A DNA stretch of 64,000 nucleotides. Source: an uncultured Gammaproteobacteria bacterium. GTDB lineage: Bacteria; Patescibacteriota; Patescibacteriia; Magasanikbacterales; UBA922. The stretch lies in contig CAYMVY010000002.1 of assembly GCA_964394405.1 (NCBI GenBank), forward strand, positions 64,092-128,091. Direction: 5' to 3'. Positions within the stretch are counted from its first letter, which is position 1. Every line of letters begins with the position of its first letter. Shown piece after piece: positions 1-8,743 of the stretch. A model generated the notes under the pieces. It was not told where the DNA came from. It was given only the letters and a program-made list of their open reading frames with translations, and did no database searches. Made by a program: the position numbers and the translations under genes.

Positions 1-120
1 ATCAAGTCGCCCACGGTCAACATCAAGCGAAGGTTCAACGACGAGGAGTTCGTCGTCGAGTACATCCAGGAGTCGCTCCGACTCTCTCACCTTCCGGTGA
101 TCGACTTCGCGACGGCATGA
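1..120 (+). CDS. 3' end of an upstream GC-rich ORF (partial, C-terminal 39 aa ...VIDFATA*)
   Basis: Open frame 1 from window edge to TGA at 118-120; GC-rich unlike surrounding genome; no family recognised. Confidence 0.3.
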   Translation: MKSPTVNIKRRFNDEEFVVEYIQESLRLSHLPVIDFATA

Positions 121-136
121 CGTGTCTCGTGCCTCA

Positions 137-176
137 GATCCGAAGTGTGTCTCCTACGGGAATCACACTTCGGATC
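137..176 (+). terminator. 13-bp perfect stem hairpin (gatccgaagtgtg / cacacttcggatc) downstream of the partial ORF
   Basis: Inverted repeat read directly; weak T tail so terminator role uncertain. Confidence 0.35.
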
Positions 177-265
177 GCTTTCAAATGTAATTGGTTTGTA
201 TCTGTACAGATTTTTTTGATAGATGCAAGCCAAGCACATCAACAACTTGGCGAGGAGGGTATACT

Positions 266-601
266 ATGGCTGTTGGGGCGGTTGAGGATTTGAGTGTCAG
301 TGACGAGGTGCTCGTGGCTATGCTCGGGATCGGGGCCCGCGTCTTCGGCGCTCTTCATACGGGCGTTGAGAGCGTTGGCTCTCTCGGTGTCCGAGTTGGC
401 ACGTTTCTTCTCGATACTCTCCCGGTCGACGCCAAGCGTCTTTTGGGGGATGTGTCGGACGAACATTTTTCGACCAACCTCCGCCGCAGTTTTGCGGATC
501 TGTGGGTCGAACTGTCGGAGTGGTTGCGGGAACTCATCTCGAGTCACCTGCCCGCTCAGGAGGATCTGGACGAGAACCTCTTCCGCGGATTCCACATCTA
601 G
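266..601 (+). CDS. hypothetical small protein (111 aa) in GC-rich island
   Basis: ATG at 266 preceded by AGGAGGG Shine-Dalgarno; ORF fills GC-rich island; overlapping ORFs in other frames are a GC artefact; no homology recognised. Confidence 0.4.
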   Translation: MAVGAVEDLSVSDEVLVAMLGIGARVFGALHTGVESVGSLGVRVGTFLLDTLPVDAKRLLGDVSDEHFSTNLRRSFADLWVELSEWLRELISSHLPAQEDLDENLFRGFHI

Positions 602-672
602 GACTATGCGGAGTGGTACTGCGTTGCGGGTCGAGAGTAATTTTTCGACCCGCTTCGCTTCATACAATATCT

Positions 673-1698
673 ATGTGGATCAAAAATATTTTAAATAATG
701 GTAAAAAAATTCTTGCACTTTCACCAATGGCCGACATGACTGATTCGGCCTTTTGTCAAATTGTAAGAATGATTGGTGGGGCTGATGTGGTGTTTCGCGA
801 AATGGTTTCAGCTGAAGCTCTCGTTCGTGATAATGAGAAGACACTAGGAATGACTGATTTTGTCGAAGCAGAGCGTCCTATTGTACAGCAGATATTTGGC
901 TCTGACCCGCTCACAATGGCTCGTGCTGCTGAGATTGTAATGACACATGCAGGGCCAGAAGGTATTGATATTAATATGGGCTGTCCGGTATATAAAATTA
1001 CGAGCAATTTCAATGGCTGTGCTCTGATGAAAGACCCAAAGCTTGCGCAGAATATTATTCGAGAAATTAAGCGAGCGATTGGAAATACACCACTTTCAGT
1101 AAAAATCAGATTGGGCTGGACGAATCGAGATGATTTCAAATATTTTATTCCTGCAATCGAAGAAGCAGGGGCAGAGCTGATTACCGTGCATGGTCGTACC
1201 AAAGAACAGGGATATAGTGGGGTTTCAGATTGGAATCTTATTGCTGAAGCAAAGAAAATTGCTACTGTCCCTCTTCTTGCGAATGGTGATATTCATAAAC
1301 CTAGACAAGTGGGTGATGCTCTCCAAGTGACTGGTGCTGATGGAGTATTGATTGCACGTGGTGCCCTTGGGAATCCATGGTTTTTCAAAGAGTATTTAGA
1401 TCCGAGTTTTACTGTTTCACTTCAAGAAAGAGTCGCAACCGTACTTCAACATGCGAAATTGCATATTGAATTTCAATCACGAGTGCGCACAATGGGGAAG
1501 AAGAATAGGGAAGAGGGAGTTACTGAAGAAATGGTTGCACAACGATCGATTACTACGTTTCGTAAACACCTCGCGTGGTATTTCAAGAATGACCGAGTAG
1601 GGGAGAGAGTGGAGGGGTTGAAGGAGCTTCGTATGAAGTTGATGAAGGTGGAGAGTTTTAGCGAGTTAGAGGAAATTTTAGGAAGCTTTATTAAGTAA
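673..1698 (+). CDS. dus: tRNA-dihydrouridine synthase (Dus family, TIM barrel, FMN)
   Basis: MADMTDSAFCQIVR...GCPV...KIRLGW motifs typical of DusB/DusA; start moved to ATG 673 (ORF call began upstream in GC island). Confidence 0.85.
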   Translation: MWIKNILNNGKKILALSPMADMTDSAFCQIVRMIGGADVVFREMVSAEALVRDNEKTLGMTDFVEAERPIVQQIFGSDPLTMARAAEIVMTHAGPEGIDINMGCPVYKITSNFNGCALMKDPKLAQNIIREIKRAIGNTPLSVKIRLGWTNRDDFKYFIPAIEEAGAELITVHGRTKEQGYSGVSDWNLIAEAKKIATVPLLANGDIHKPRQVGDALQVTGADGVLIARGALGNPWFFKEYLDPSFTVSLQERVATVLQHAKLHIEFQSRVRTMGKKNREEGVTEEMVAQRSITTFRKHLAWYFKNDRVGERVEGLKELRMKLMKVESFSELEEILGSFIK

Positions 1699-1793
1699 AA
1701 GTGAAAAAGTAAAAAGAATAAATTCACGTGCGGTTCTAGCTGTACAAAAATACACGACTTTATCTCGTGTATTTTCTTTTTACTTTTACGCTT

Positions 1794-2642
1794 TTACTTT
1801 TTCCTTTTGCCCGCTTGTATCACTGTATTTTTTAAAAGTAACGCGACAGTGATTGGTCCTACTCCTCCGGGCACGGGAGTGATGTAGGATGCTTTCTTTG
1901 AAACTTTTTTAAAATCAACGTCCCCATACATTTTTTTATCCACGAATACGATGCCCGTGTCGATTACTACACACCCTTTTTTTATATGAGATTTGGTAAT
2001 CAGATCTTTTTTTCCAACTGCACTGACCAGAATATCTGCTTTCTTCGTAATTGATTTGAGATTCTTTGTCTCAGAGTTGCAGACGCTTACGGTGGCTTGT
2101 TTATTTAGCAGCATAATTGCGAGTGGCTTTCCGACAAGCGCTCCTGCGCCTACAATAACCACATGCTTTCCTTTGACTTCTATATTCAGAGACTCGAGTA
2201 TCTCGAGCACAGCTCCAGGTGTCGGTGGTACGAGTGTGTTGGTTTTCATTACCAGCTTGCCGAGCTGTGCATCAGTCATACAGTCGACATCACGGTCAGG
2301 CTCGATTGTATTCAGTACCTCGGTTGTAAAAAGTGGCTCTGGGAGTGGTAGTTGTACAATCAGTCCAGACAAATGAGGATCTGTTTGGATTTTTTTTATC
2401 TCTGCTATTATTTTTTCTTTACTGGTCTCTGCGTCATATTTGTGCAATTCAAAATCAATCCCGACTGATTGAGCAGCAGCTTCTTTTTTCTTGATATAGG
2501 TCTGTGATGGTCGATCGTTGCCCACATATACGATTGCAAGCTTGGGAATTATTCCATCCTGCGACAAATCTCGCACTTTTGATTTGAGCGATGTTAGAAT
2601 ATTTTGGGATAATTGATTTCCATCGATAATTTTTTCTACCAT
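1794..2642 (-). CDS. folD: bifunctional methylenetetrahydrofolate dehydrogenase/cyclohydrolase
   Basis: Typical FolD N-terminus and NAD(P) Rossmann segment (VVIVGAGALVGKPLAIMLL). Confidence 0.9.
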   Translation of the reverse strand: MVEKIIDGNQLSQNILTSLKSKVRDLSQDGIIPKLAIVYVGNDRPSQTYIKKKEAAAQSVGIDFELHKYDAETSKEKIIAEIKKIQTDPHLSGLIVQLPLPEPLFTTEVLNTIEPDRDVDCMTDAQLGKLVMKTNTLVPPTPGAVLEILESLNIEVKGKHVVIVGAGALVGKPLAIMLLNKQATVSVCNSETKNLKSITKKADILVSAVGKKDLITKSHIKKGCVVIDTGIVFVDKKMYGDVDFKKVSKKASYITPVPGGVGPITVALLLKNTVIQAGKRKK

Positions 2643-2716
2643 AGTTGTGGGTATAGTATCAGAAAAGTCAAAAAAAATAAAGCCTCAGCACTTCGGCAGT
2701 TTTGACTTTTCTCGTT

Positions 2717-3649
2717 TTAATGCAACGAGGCTTGGAGATACCCAAAGAGTGAGAAAATCAACATGAGTACTACACCTTCTATCCGGCTCAACCGTTTATC
2801 GCTTTTGTAGAAATAGAGGAGCAAGATTGACATGACTATAAAAAAATAGAGAATTAACTGATACGAAATATCAACGGTAAGGAAAATGGGGCGCACTACC
2901 GCCATGACTCCGAGAATGACTGCGTTCACAATGGCGCTGCCCAGCATGTGACTAAATGAAATATCCCGAACCTTCTTTTTCCACGAGGTCAGGATAATAG
3001 TTAGTTCTGGCAAGTTGGTGCCGAGAGAGAAGAAAATCAACCCCACAAAAAATTGTGGAATAGTGAACCTCTCCATGAGTTCAATTGTAATTCGGATGAT
3101 GAGATTGGAGGAAATAATTATTCCGGTCATTCCGACAGCAATGAGAAAAATTTCTTCGACTACTCGATGTTTTTTTATGATGGTCGCGTGGATGTCGTGA
3201 ATGTGATGGTTTTTCTTGTAGAGATGAAATAGAAATCCGATGTACGCGATACAAATAAGTAATCCATCGATGAGCGCGAGTCTACCGTCGAGACCAAGTA
3301 TGAGTGGCAGAATAATCACGATAAAACCTGGTAAGGGTGTCAGGATATTTCCATCTGTTTTTATTTTTCGATTCAAGACCATGCTTAGACCGAGGATTAA
3401 ACCAAACACCACCATGATTCCTCCGAATAGGTTGCCGATTGAGATATCCTGTACTCCATTGATTGATGCAGTTATTGCAATTGAGAACTCAGGAAACGAG
3501 GTGAGAATCCCTAGTACTATTCCTAATACAAACATGGGGATTCCGAGCTGGATCGCGATTTTTTTGATGTTATTCACTACTACTGTTGCGGAGAGGGCAA
3601 GTAGGAAAAAAAGTCCACCGAGTGCTGCAATTGAGGCTAAGACAGGCAT
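2717..3649 (-). CDS. Ca2+/cation antiporter (CaCA/YrbG-like) membrane protein
   Basis: Polytopic membrane protein with duplicated GTNLPEL-type alpha-repeat motif. Confidence 0.7.
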   Translation of the reverse strand: MPVLASIAALGGLFFLLALSATVVVNNIKKIAIQLGIPMFVLGIVLGILTSFPEFSIAITASINGVQDISIGNLFGGIMVVFGLILGLSMVLNRKIKTDGNILTPLPGFIVIILPLILGLDGRLALIDGLLICIAYIGFLFHLYKKNHHIHDIHATIIKKHRVVEEIFLIAVGMTGIIISSNLIIRITIELMERFTIPQFFVGLIFFSLGTNLPELTIILTSWKKKVRDISFSHMLGSAIVNAVILGVMAVVRPIFLTVDISYQLILYFFIVMSILLLYFYKSDKRLSRIEGVVLMLIFSLFGYLQASLH

Positions 3650-3658
3650 ACGTACGAT

Positions 3659-5062
3659 TTACAATCTGATGTGTAGTTTGTCGAGCAAGATGAGGATACT
3701 AAAAAAACCAAAGAAAAGAAAAATGATACCGAGTATGATTTTTCTCCAGAGCCTTGGCTGGAGAATTTTTGGCAGAGATCGGTGATTTAGCCACGACACC
3801 ATTCCCACATGGACAAACATGGCGAATGCATTGATAATCGCACCAAGAACTATCAATGTCTTTGGTTCGTAAACATTGAGGAGAAATAGAATAATACCAA
3901 ACGCAATTTGCGCCCAGACGAATATATAATAAATTTTCGACAGATTTATTTTTTTGTCTCCAGATTGTGATAATTTTTTGATTGCAACATTTTCTGCCAT
4001 GATTCTGCTGGTGGAGTCGACAATTCCCATCTGTGTCTGGAAGAGCATGATTGAGACAATCAGGAGGAATAGTGTTCCCACAATCGGCGAGAGTTTTTCT
4101 CCAATTACTTTTCCCTCGTTGATGACAAAGTGGATACCCTCGGCATTATTTTCAAGACCGAAGGTGGTTGTGAATGAAAGTAACATCAAGAGTAGCATGG
4201 AAACACCGCCGACAAACCAAAAAACAATCAAGTGTTCGTTATTGATCGCTTTCCACCACTGTCTGAATCGGGATATGTTTTTTTCTGTTAGTTCGAATTT
4301 TTCACCATCTAATTTTATTTGACGCATTTTTTTGCGCGCAGTGAATAATCCACTGATTTTGTCTGCATATTTTCCCATTCCATACCCCTTTTCTTTTACA
4401 TAGATTGATTGTGTGAGGTTGAGATTGCCACCGGCTCCTGAATAGGCGAATGCGGCGAAGAATGTTGCAAGTACTATGCCTTCGGGTAAAAATCGAAAAT
4501 CGATTCCTTTGCCCACGAGTCCCGAAGCGAGTGCTGACCAGTCTGCAGAGGTGCTCAGTATAATCGTGAGAATAAAAATAAATGGAACACCCGCGAGTAT
4601 AATCGTTTTGGTGACACGCTCCATCATGCTGTAGACGGTTTTTCCTGTACTCAAGATGATACCGATACCCACAAGCATTGCGATTGCAATCCATTTGAAT
4701 TCAGTAATTCCGAATAACGATGCAAAAACTTCGGCAGATGCCGCAATAATACCCGGGAGTCCAAATCCAATAAAGGTTGATATGATAAACCAGTAGGTTG
4801 ACCAGGAGAATATTTTTGCAAGTCCCACGAATACACTTTCACCTTTGACGAGCGCATAGCGCTCTATTTCCATGTTGATAAAAAATTGGAAGGTGATGCC
4901 GAGGAGGGCTCCCCATGCAATGCCTAGTCCGTAATTTGACGCAAGATAGGGCCAGAGTATTACTTCACCTGATCCGAGACCAAGAGCGAGGATAATAAAA
5001 CTCGGTCCAAGTAGTTTTCGCATTTTGAATGCAGTAGGAAATTCTTTATATTTTTCTGGCAT
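3659..5062 (-). CDS. NRAMP-like divalent metal transporter family membrane protein
   Basis: About 11 TM segments, N-terminal region resembling the MntH/NRAMP fold; family assignment by eye only. Confidence 0.5.
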   Translation of the reverse strand: MPEKYKEFPTAFKMRKLLGPSFIILALGLGSGEVILWPYLASNYGLGIAWGALLGITFQFFINMEIERYALVKGESVFVGLAKIFSWSTYWFIISTFIGFGLPGIIAASAEVFASLFGITEFKWIAIAMLVGIGIILSTGKTVYSMMERVTKTIILAGVPFIFILTIILSTSADWSALASGLVGKGIDFRFLPEGIVLATFFAAFAYSGAGGNLNLTQSIYVKEKGYGMGKYADKISGLFTARKKMRQIKLDGEKFELTEKNISRFRQWWKAINNEHLIVFWFVGGVSMLLLMLLSFTTTFGLENNAEGIHFVINEGKVIGEKLSPIVGTLFLLIVSIMLFQTQMGIVDSTSRIMAENVAIKKLSQSGDKKINLSKIYYIFVWAQIAFGIILFLLNVYEPKTLIVLGAIINAFAMFVHVGMVSWLNHRSLPKILQPRLWRKIILGIIFLFFGFFSILILLDKLHIRL

Positions 5063-5159
5063 AGTAGTGTATATTGTAGCATATCTCAGCAGTTTTATAA
5101 AAAATAAGCCTTTTCAGAAAGGTTTTTTTATATTCTTTTTGTCCTTGTGGATAAGTTTC

Positions 5160-5190
5160 TTGACTCTAACGTTACGTTATAGTTTAGTAT
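5160..5190 (+). promoter_or_regulatory. MerR-type promoter: TTGACT - 19-bp spacer containing dyad AACGTtACGTT - TAGTAT
   Basis: -35 5160-5165, -10 5185-5190, 19-bp spacer with perfect dyad, directly upstream of the MerR-family gene at 5212. Confidence 0.5.
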
Positions 5191-5211
5191 AGGTATTATA
5201 GGATCCTATCT

Positions 5212-5970
5212 ATGTCGTATACCGTTCATAGCCTCGCACAATTGGCAGGAATTAGTGTTCGCACCCTCCATTACTATGATGAAATTGGTCTCTTGAAGCC
5301 CTCGGTCATCAAAAAGAATGGATATCGTTATTACGAGGATGCCGAACTTATTCGTTTGCAACAGATACTCTTTTTCCGCGAATTAGAGTTTCCACTGGAA
5401 GACATCAAGCGCATGCTTAATCGTCCTCAGTTTAGCGTAGTCGAAGCGCTGAAAGATCAGAAAAAATTAATACGATTGAAGCAGGCAAGACTTGAAAAAT
5501 TAATTAATTCAATTAATAAAACTATTAAAACTATGAGTAATAATCAGAAAATTAAGGATGAAGAGTTGTATGATGTGTTCAAAGACACTGAGGTAAAACA
5601 GTATCAGGATGAAGTAAAGGAGCGGTGGGGGAATAGCGACGCCTATCGTCAGAGCATGGCGAAAGTGGGTAAGATGACAAAAAAAGAAATGGAAAAACTA
5701 AAAGAAGACGGAAAAAAACATACGCAGGCAATTGCTGATGCAATGGATAAGGGAATTGGTCACCCTGATGTACAGAAGCTTATTAAGCAAAGTCATGAAG
5801 GGGTGAATTTCTTTTATGACTGCAGCTATGACATGTTTCGCAATCTGGGGAAGATGTATGTGGAGGATTCGCGATTCACTGCGTACTATGAAAAGTTCCG
5901 TCCGGGTCTTGCAGTATTCATGCGCGACGCTATTGCGTATTATTGCGACCAGCATGAGAATAAATCATAA
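5212..5970 (+). CDS. MerR-family transcriptional regulator with TipAS-like C-terminal domain (TipAL/Mta-like)
   Basis: N-terminal MerR HTH (LAGISVRTLHYYDEIGLL) plus about 140-aa TipAS-like effector domain. Confidence 0.8.
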   Translation: MSYTVHSLAQLAGISVRTLHYYDEIGLLKPSVIKKNGYRYYEDAELIRLQQILFFRELEFPLEDIKRMLNRPQFSVVEALKDQKKLIRLKQARLEKLINSINKTIKTMSNNQKIKDEELYDVFKDTEVKQYQDEVKERWGNSDAYRQSMAKVGKMTKKEMEKLKEDGKKHTQAIADAMDKGIGHPDVQKLIKQSHEGVNFFYDCSYDMFRNLGKMYVEDSRFTAYYEKFRPGLAVFMRDAIAYYCDQHENKS

Positions 5971-5984
5971 TATTTTTTCCTGAA

Positions 5985-6025
5985 TAAAAAAACATCCCCC
6001 GACGTCACGTCGGGGGATGTTTTTG
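5985..6025. terminator. bidirectional rho-independent terminator (catcccccgacg-tcac-gtcgggggatg with A-run/T-run)
   Basis: 12-bp GC stem flanked by A and T runs between convergent genes. Confidence 0.6.
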
Positions 6026-6033
6026 ATAAACTA

Positions 6034-6573
6034 CTATTTTTTCTTTTTCGTTTTAGCTTTTTTTGCTTTTGGCTTTTCAGTAACAACTTCCTCTTTCTTT
6101 TCTTCAGATTTTTTTGGTGTTTTTGTTACCACCTTTTTTTCTTCAGAAAATTCAGGGTTCAATGCTTTCAAGATTCTCTCGAGCTTGTTGTTCATGATTT
6201 CCATCTGCTGTTTGAGTTCGCTGATTGCTTTGTTATCCTGTGCAGGAGCTTGTCGGAAGTCAGGTCGTTTGTTTTCAAAGCGTGGTCGGTCGAAACTTCT
6301 CTCTCTTGATCCACCACCAAAATTTTTGCCTTCCTGGCTTTTCTGCTTGCCAAAACAAGTGCTGCAGAAAATAGGTCTAGCTCCAGTAGGTCTGAATGGA
6401 ACTTCGCAAGGATTTCCACATTCACTGCAGGTAGCAGCATGCATTTCTGATCGTCCACCATCTCTACGGTCTCCGCCTCGGAATCCACCTCGATCGCCAC
6501 CGCCAAAACTTCTTTTTCCAAATGAACGATGACCTCGATCGCCACCTGATCTATCTCTATTAAAATTACCCAT
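6034..6573 (-). CDS. hypothetical protein with RGG/RGD-rich N-terminus, CxxC...CxxC zinc-ribbon and Lys-rich tail
   Basis: CSECGNPC...CSTCF pattern and low-complexity flanks; no named family recognised. Confidence 0.5.
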   Translation of the reverse strand: MGNFNRDRSGGDRGHRSFGKRSFGGGDRGGFRGGDRRDGGRSEMHAATCSECGNPCEVPFRPTGARPIFCSTCFGKQKSQEGKNFGGGSRERSFDRPRFENKRPDFRQAPAQDNKAISELKQQMEIMNNKLERILKALNPEFSEEKKVVTKTPKKSEEKKEEVVTEKPKAKKAKTKKKK

Positions 6574-6709
6574 AGTAGCTTGTTGTATTAGTAACTATAT
6601 TGAATAAGAGGGGAGTCTATCAAATTTTGCTAAAAATAGCAATAGTCTGGCTATGGGCGGCTGTGTATCGGTTTGTTTATTCGTAGTTTGTCGATTGTCA
6701 CCAAAATAG

Positions 6710-7417
6710 TTATTTTTCACTTATTTCGACACTGGTGACAATCGTTGGGTTTACGGGCTGCGAGAGTTCTCCTGTGGAACTCATCTCTACTTTATCTGTT
6801 GCAATCGCATCTACTACTTCGAGTCCTTTGGTCACTCGGCCAAAGATTGTATAGCTTTTTGGCAGAGGATAATCTGCGTGCATGATGAAAAACTGACTGC
6901 CATTCGTATTTGGGCCCGCGTTTGCCATGGCAACTGCACCACGTGTATATTCTCCAGAAAAAGGTTCATCATTGAATCTGTATCCAGGTCCACCCGTGCC
7001 ATCACCATTGGGGTCGCCACCCTGGATCATGAATCCGCTGATTGCGCGGTGGAAAATAGTATTGGTGTAGAAATTTTTTCTGGCAAGATCTACAAAATTT
7101 TTCACCGTATTGGGAGTCTCACCAAAGTTGAGTGCTATTTCTATATCTCCTTTGCTCGTGTGGAGAATGGCAGTATATTGTTTTGAAGCGTTGAATTCCA
7201 TAGGGTCGCGTGTAGTTGGTGAATTAGTGGTCGTGTCTCCAGTGGGGGAAGGGGATTCTCCTGATCCTGAGTAATTATCCGTTGCTTGTGGTTGGGTGAA
7301 TACTTGTTCTGCAGTGAGTCCAGTATCTAGATTTTGGTCTACTGGTGTTTTGGTACACCCCGCGCCTACAGTGAGCAGTGTCGCGAGAGTTATATAGAGG
7401 AGTGTTCTTGATGGCAT
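6710..7417 (-). CDS. cyclophilin-type peptidyl-prolyl cis-trans isomerase, lipoprotein-type signal (LTVGAGC)
   Basis: FHRAISGFMIQGGDP cyclophilin signature; lipobox-like N-terminus. Confidence 0.85.
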   Translation of the reverse strand: MPSRTLLYITLATLLTVGAGCTKTPVDQNLDTGLTAEQVFTQPQATDNYSGSGESPSPTGDTTTNSPTTRDPMEFNASKQYTAILHTSKGDIEIALNFGETPNTVKNFVDLARKNFYTNTIFHRAISGFMIQGGDPNGDGTGGPGYRFNDEPFSGEYTRGAVAMANAGPNTNGSQFFIMHADYPLPKSYTIFGRVTKGLEVVDAIATDKVEMSSTGELSQPVNPTIVTSVEISEK

Positions 7418-7436
7418 AGTTTTTTATGAATAATAT

Positions 7437-8105
7437 TTATTGTGAGGGGGTTATTGTATTTTTTGCCTTATGTTTTTTTATGAGATGCCGTACTCCCCAT
7501 ATGAGCAATATACCGATTACCACGTATAGAATATAATCTTCACTCTTTTCTACTGTATGCGCAAATGCGCTGTATACTTCTCCTACTTTCCATCCAATAA
7601 GACCAAGAATGAATGCGCGGATAAATGCCCCGATAATAGTGATCGTGATAAATGGGACAAAGGGGTATCGTATAATGCCGAATAAACCAGAGATTGCGAC
7701 ACCTGGGATGATTGGGATAATACGAAGAAAAAATAATACCCATTCATCTTTTTTTCCTCTACGAAGTCTGTTTTCCACTTTTTGTACATCTTCCCATCCG
7801 AAACCCAGCCATTTTTTGGTACGATCAAGTACTGGTTTACCCCCGAAAAATCCAATTGCATATACACCGGAAGATCCGATTGCAATACCTGCAGTCACTG
7901 GAAGAGCAATCACGGTACATACTTTTATCAGTACATGTATGAACGATGTTGTCTCTGGTGTAATGAGGAAGAATCCTGCTGCCAGTGGAACAATAGGTGA
8001 GGGGATTGGAGCAATGATTTCTTCAATCATGGTTGCGAGAAATACTCCCCATGCACCATATGTTGCGATGAGCGATTGGATATAGACAACGAATTGTTCA
8101 ATCAT
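7437..8105 (-). CDS. DedA/SNARE-associated family membrane protein
   Basis: Size, TM pattern and N-terminal amphipathic region typical of DedA. Confidence 0.65.
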   Translation of the reverse strand: MIEQFVVYIQSLIATYGAWGVFLATMIEEIIAPIPSPIVPLAAGFFLITPETTSFIHVLIKVCTVIALPVTAGIAIGSSGVYAIGFFGGKPVLDRTKKWLGFGWEDVQKVENRLRRGKKDEWVLFFLRIIPIIPGVAISGLFGIIRYPFVPFITITIIGAFIRAFILGLIGWKVGEVYSAFAHTVEKSEDYILYVVIGILLIWGVRHLIKKHKAKNTITPSQ

Positions 8106-8163
8106 ACCACCACTATTTAATCTGCATTATAGGCAGTACTGTATCATATTATTTTTTTCTCAT

Positions 8164-8484
8164 CTAGTTTGGCTCGATGGGATATCCATTCTCTCTCCAC
8201 ATACGCATGCCACCTACCACATTACAGACATTCGTAAGTCCTGCAATTTCAAGCTGTGTCGTGGCAAGCAAACTTCTTCCGCCAGATTGACAAATAAGGT
8301 ATATCTGATTATAGGGAATAAGTCGGTCTTTTTCTCGTACTATCTGGTCTAGGGGAATATTGATTGCACCTTTGATTTTACCACTCTGAATTTCAAATGG
8401 CATTCGGACATCGACAATAATACGATGTGGATCGTCATGCTCGAGTAATGAATGGAGGTCCTGTACGGTGATTTCTTGGGGCAT
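8164..8484 (-). CDS. rhodanese-domain sulfurtransferase (single domain, active-site Cys in CQSGGRS)
   Basis: CQSGGRS loop and 106-aa size. Confidence 0.8.
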   Translation of the reverse strand: MPQEITVQDLHSLLEHDDPHRIIVDVRMPFEIQSGKIKGAINIPLDQIVREKDRLIPYNQIYLICQSGGRSLLATTQLEIAGLTNVCNVVGGMRMWRENGYPIEPN

Positions 8485-8528
8485 ATATCAATTCACCCAG
8501 AGGTGAATTTATTGTATAAGATAATCTT

Positions 8529-8556
8529 GACTTTTACTATATTTTTGATACAATTT
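8529..8556 (+). promoter_or_regulatory. sigma70-like promoter for tRNA-Gln (TTGACT-N16/17-TACAAT)
   Basis: Read directly about 30 nt upstream of tRNA. Confidence 0.45.
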
Positions 8557-8583
8557 TCTAGTCTAATATAGCATACCATATAT

Positions 8584-8657
8584 TCGGGGATCGTCTAATG
8601 GTAGGACTACAGGTTCTGGACCTGTGTATCGGGGTTCGAATCCCTGTCCCCGAGCCA
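8584..8657 (+). tRNA. tRNA-Gln (anticodon CUG), CCA encoded
   Basis: Acceptor stem UCGGGGA/UCCCCGA with U1-A72, anticodon loop uuCUGga, T-arm GGTTCGAATCC, 3' GCCA. Confidence 0.85.
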
Positions 8658-8691
8658 ACGAAAAACGAAGTGTTAGACAACTTCGTTTTTT
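8658..8691. terminator. bidirectional terminator hairpin (aacgaagt-gttagaca-acttcgtt + T-run)
   Basis: Stem-loop flanked by A/T runs between tRNA and dnaX 3' end. Confidence 0.6.
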
Positions 8692-8743
8692 AAATATTTC
8701 TTTGATTTCCGTTTTGATGGCAATGGACAAAGGTAGTGTGGTA

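Noticed and set aside
191-698. Multiple overlapping ORFs in all frames at 191-698, 10962-11330, 18277-18644 and 22043-22605
   Set aside because: Overlapping long ORFs on both strands are the expected artefact of locally high GC with few stop codons. At most one ORF per island is retained, and that at low confidence.
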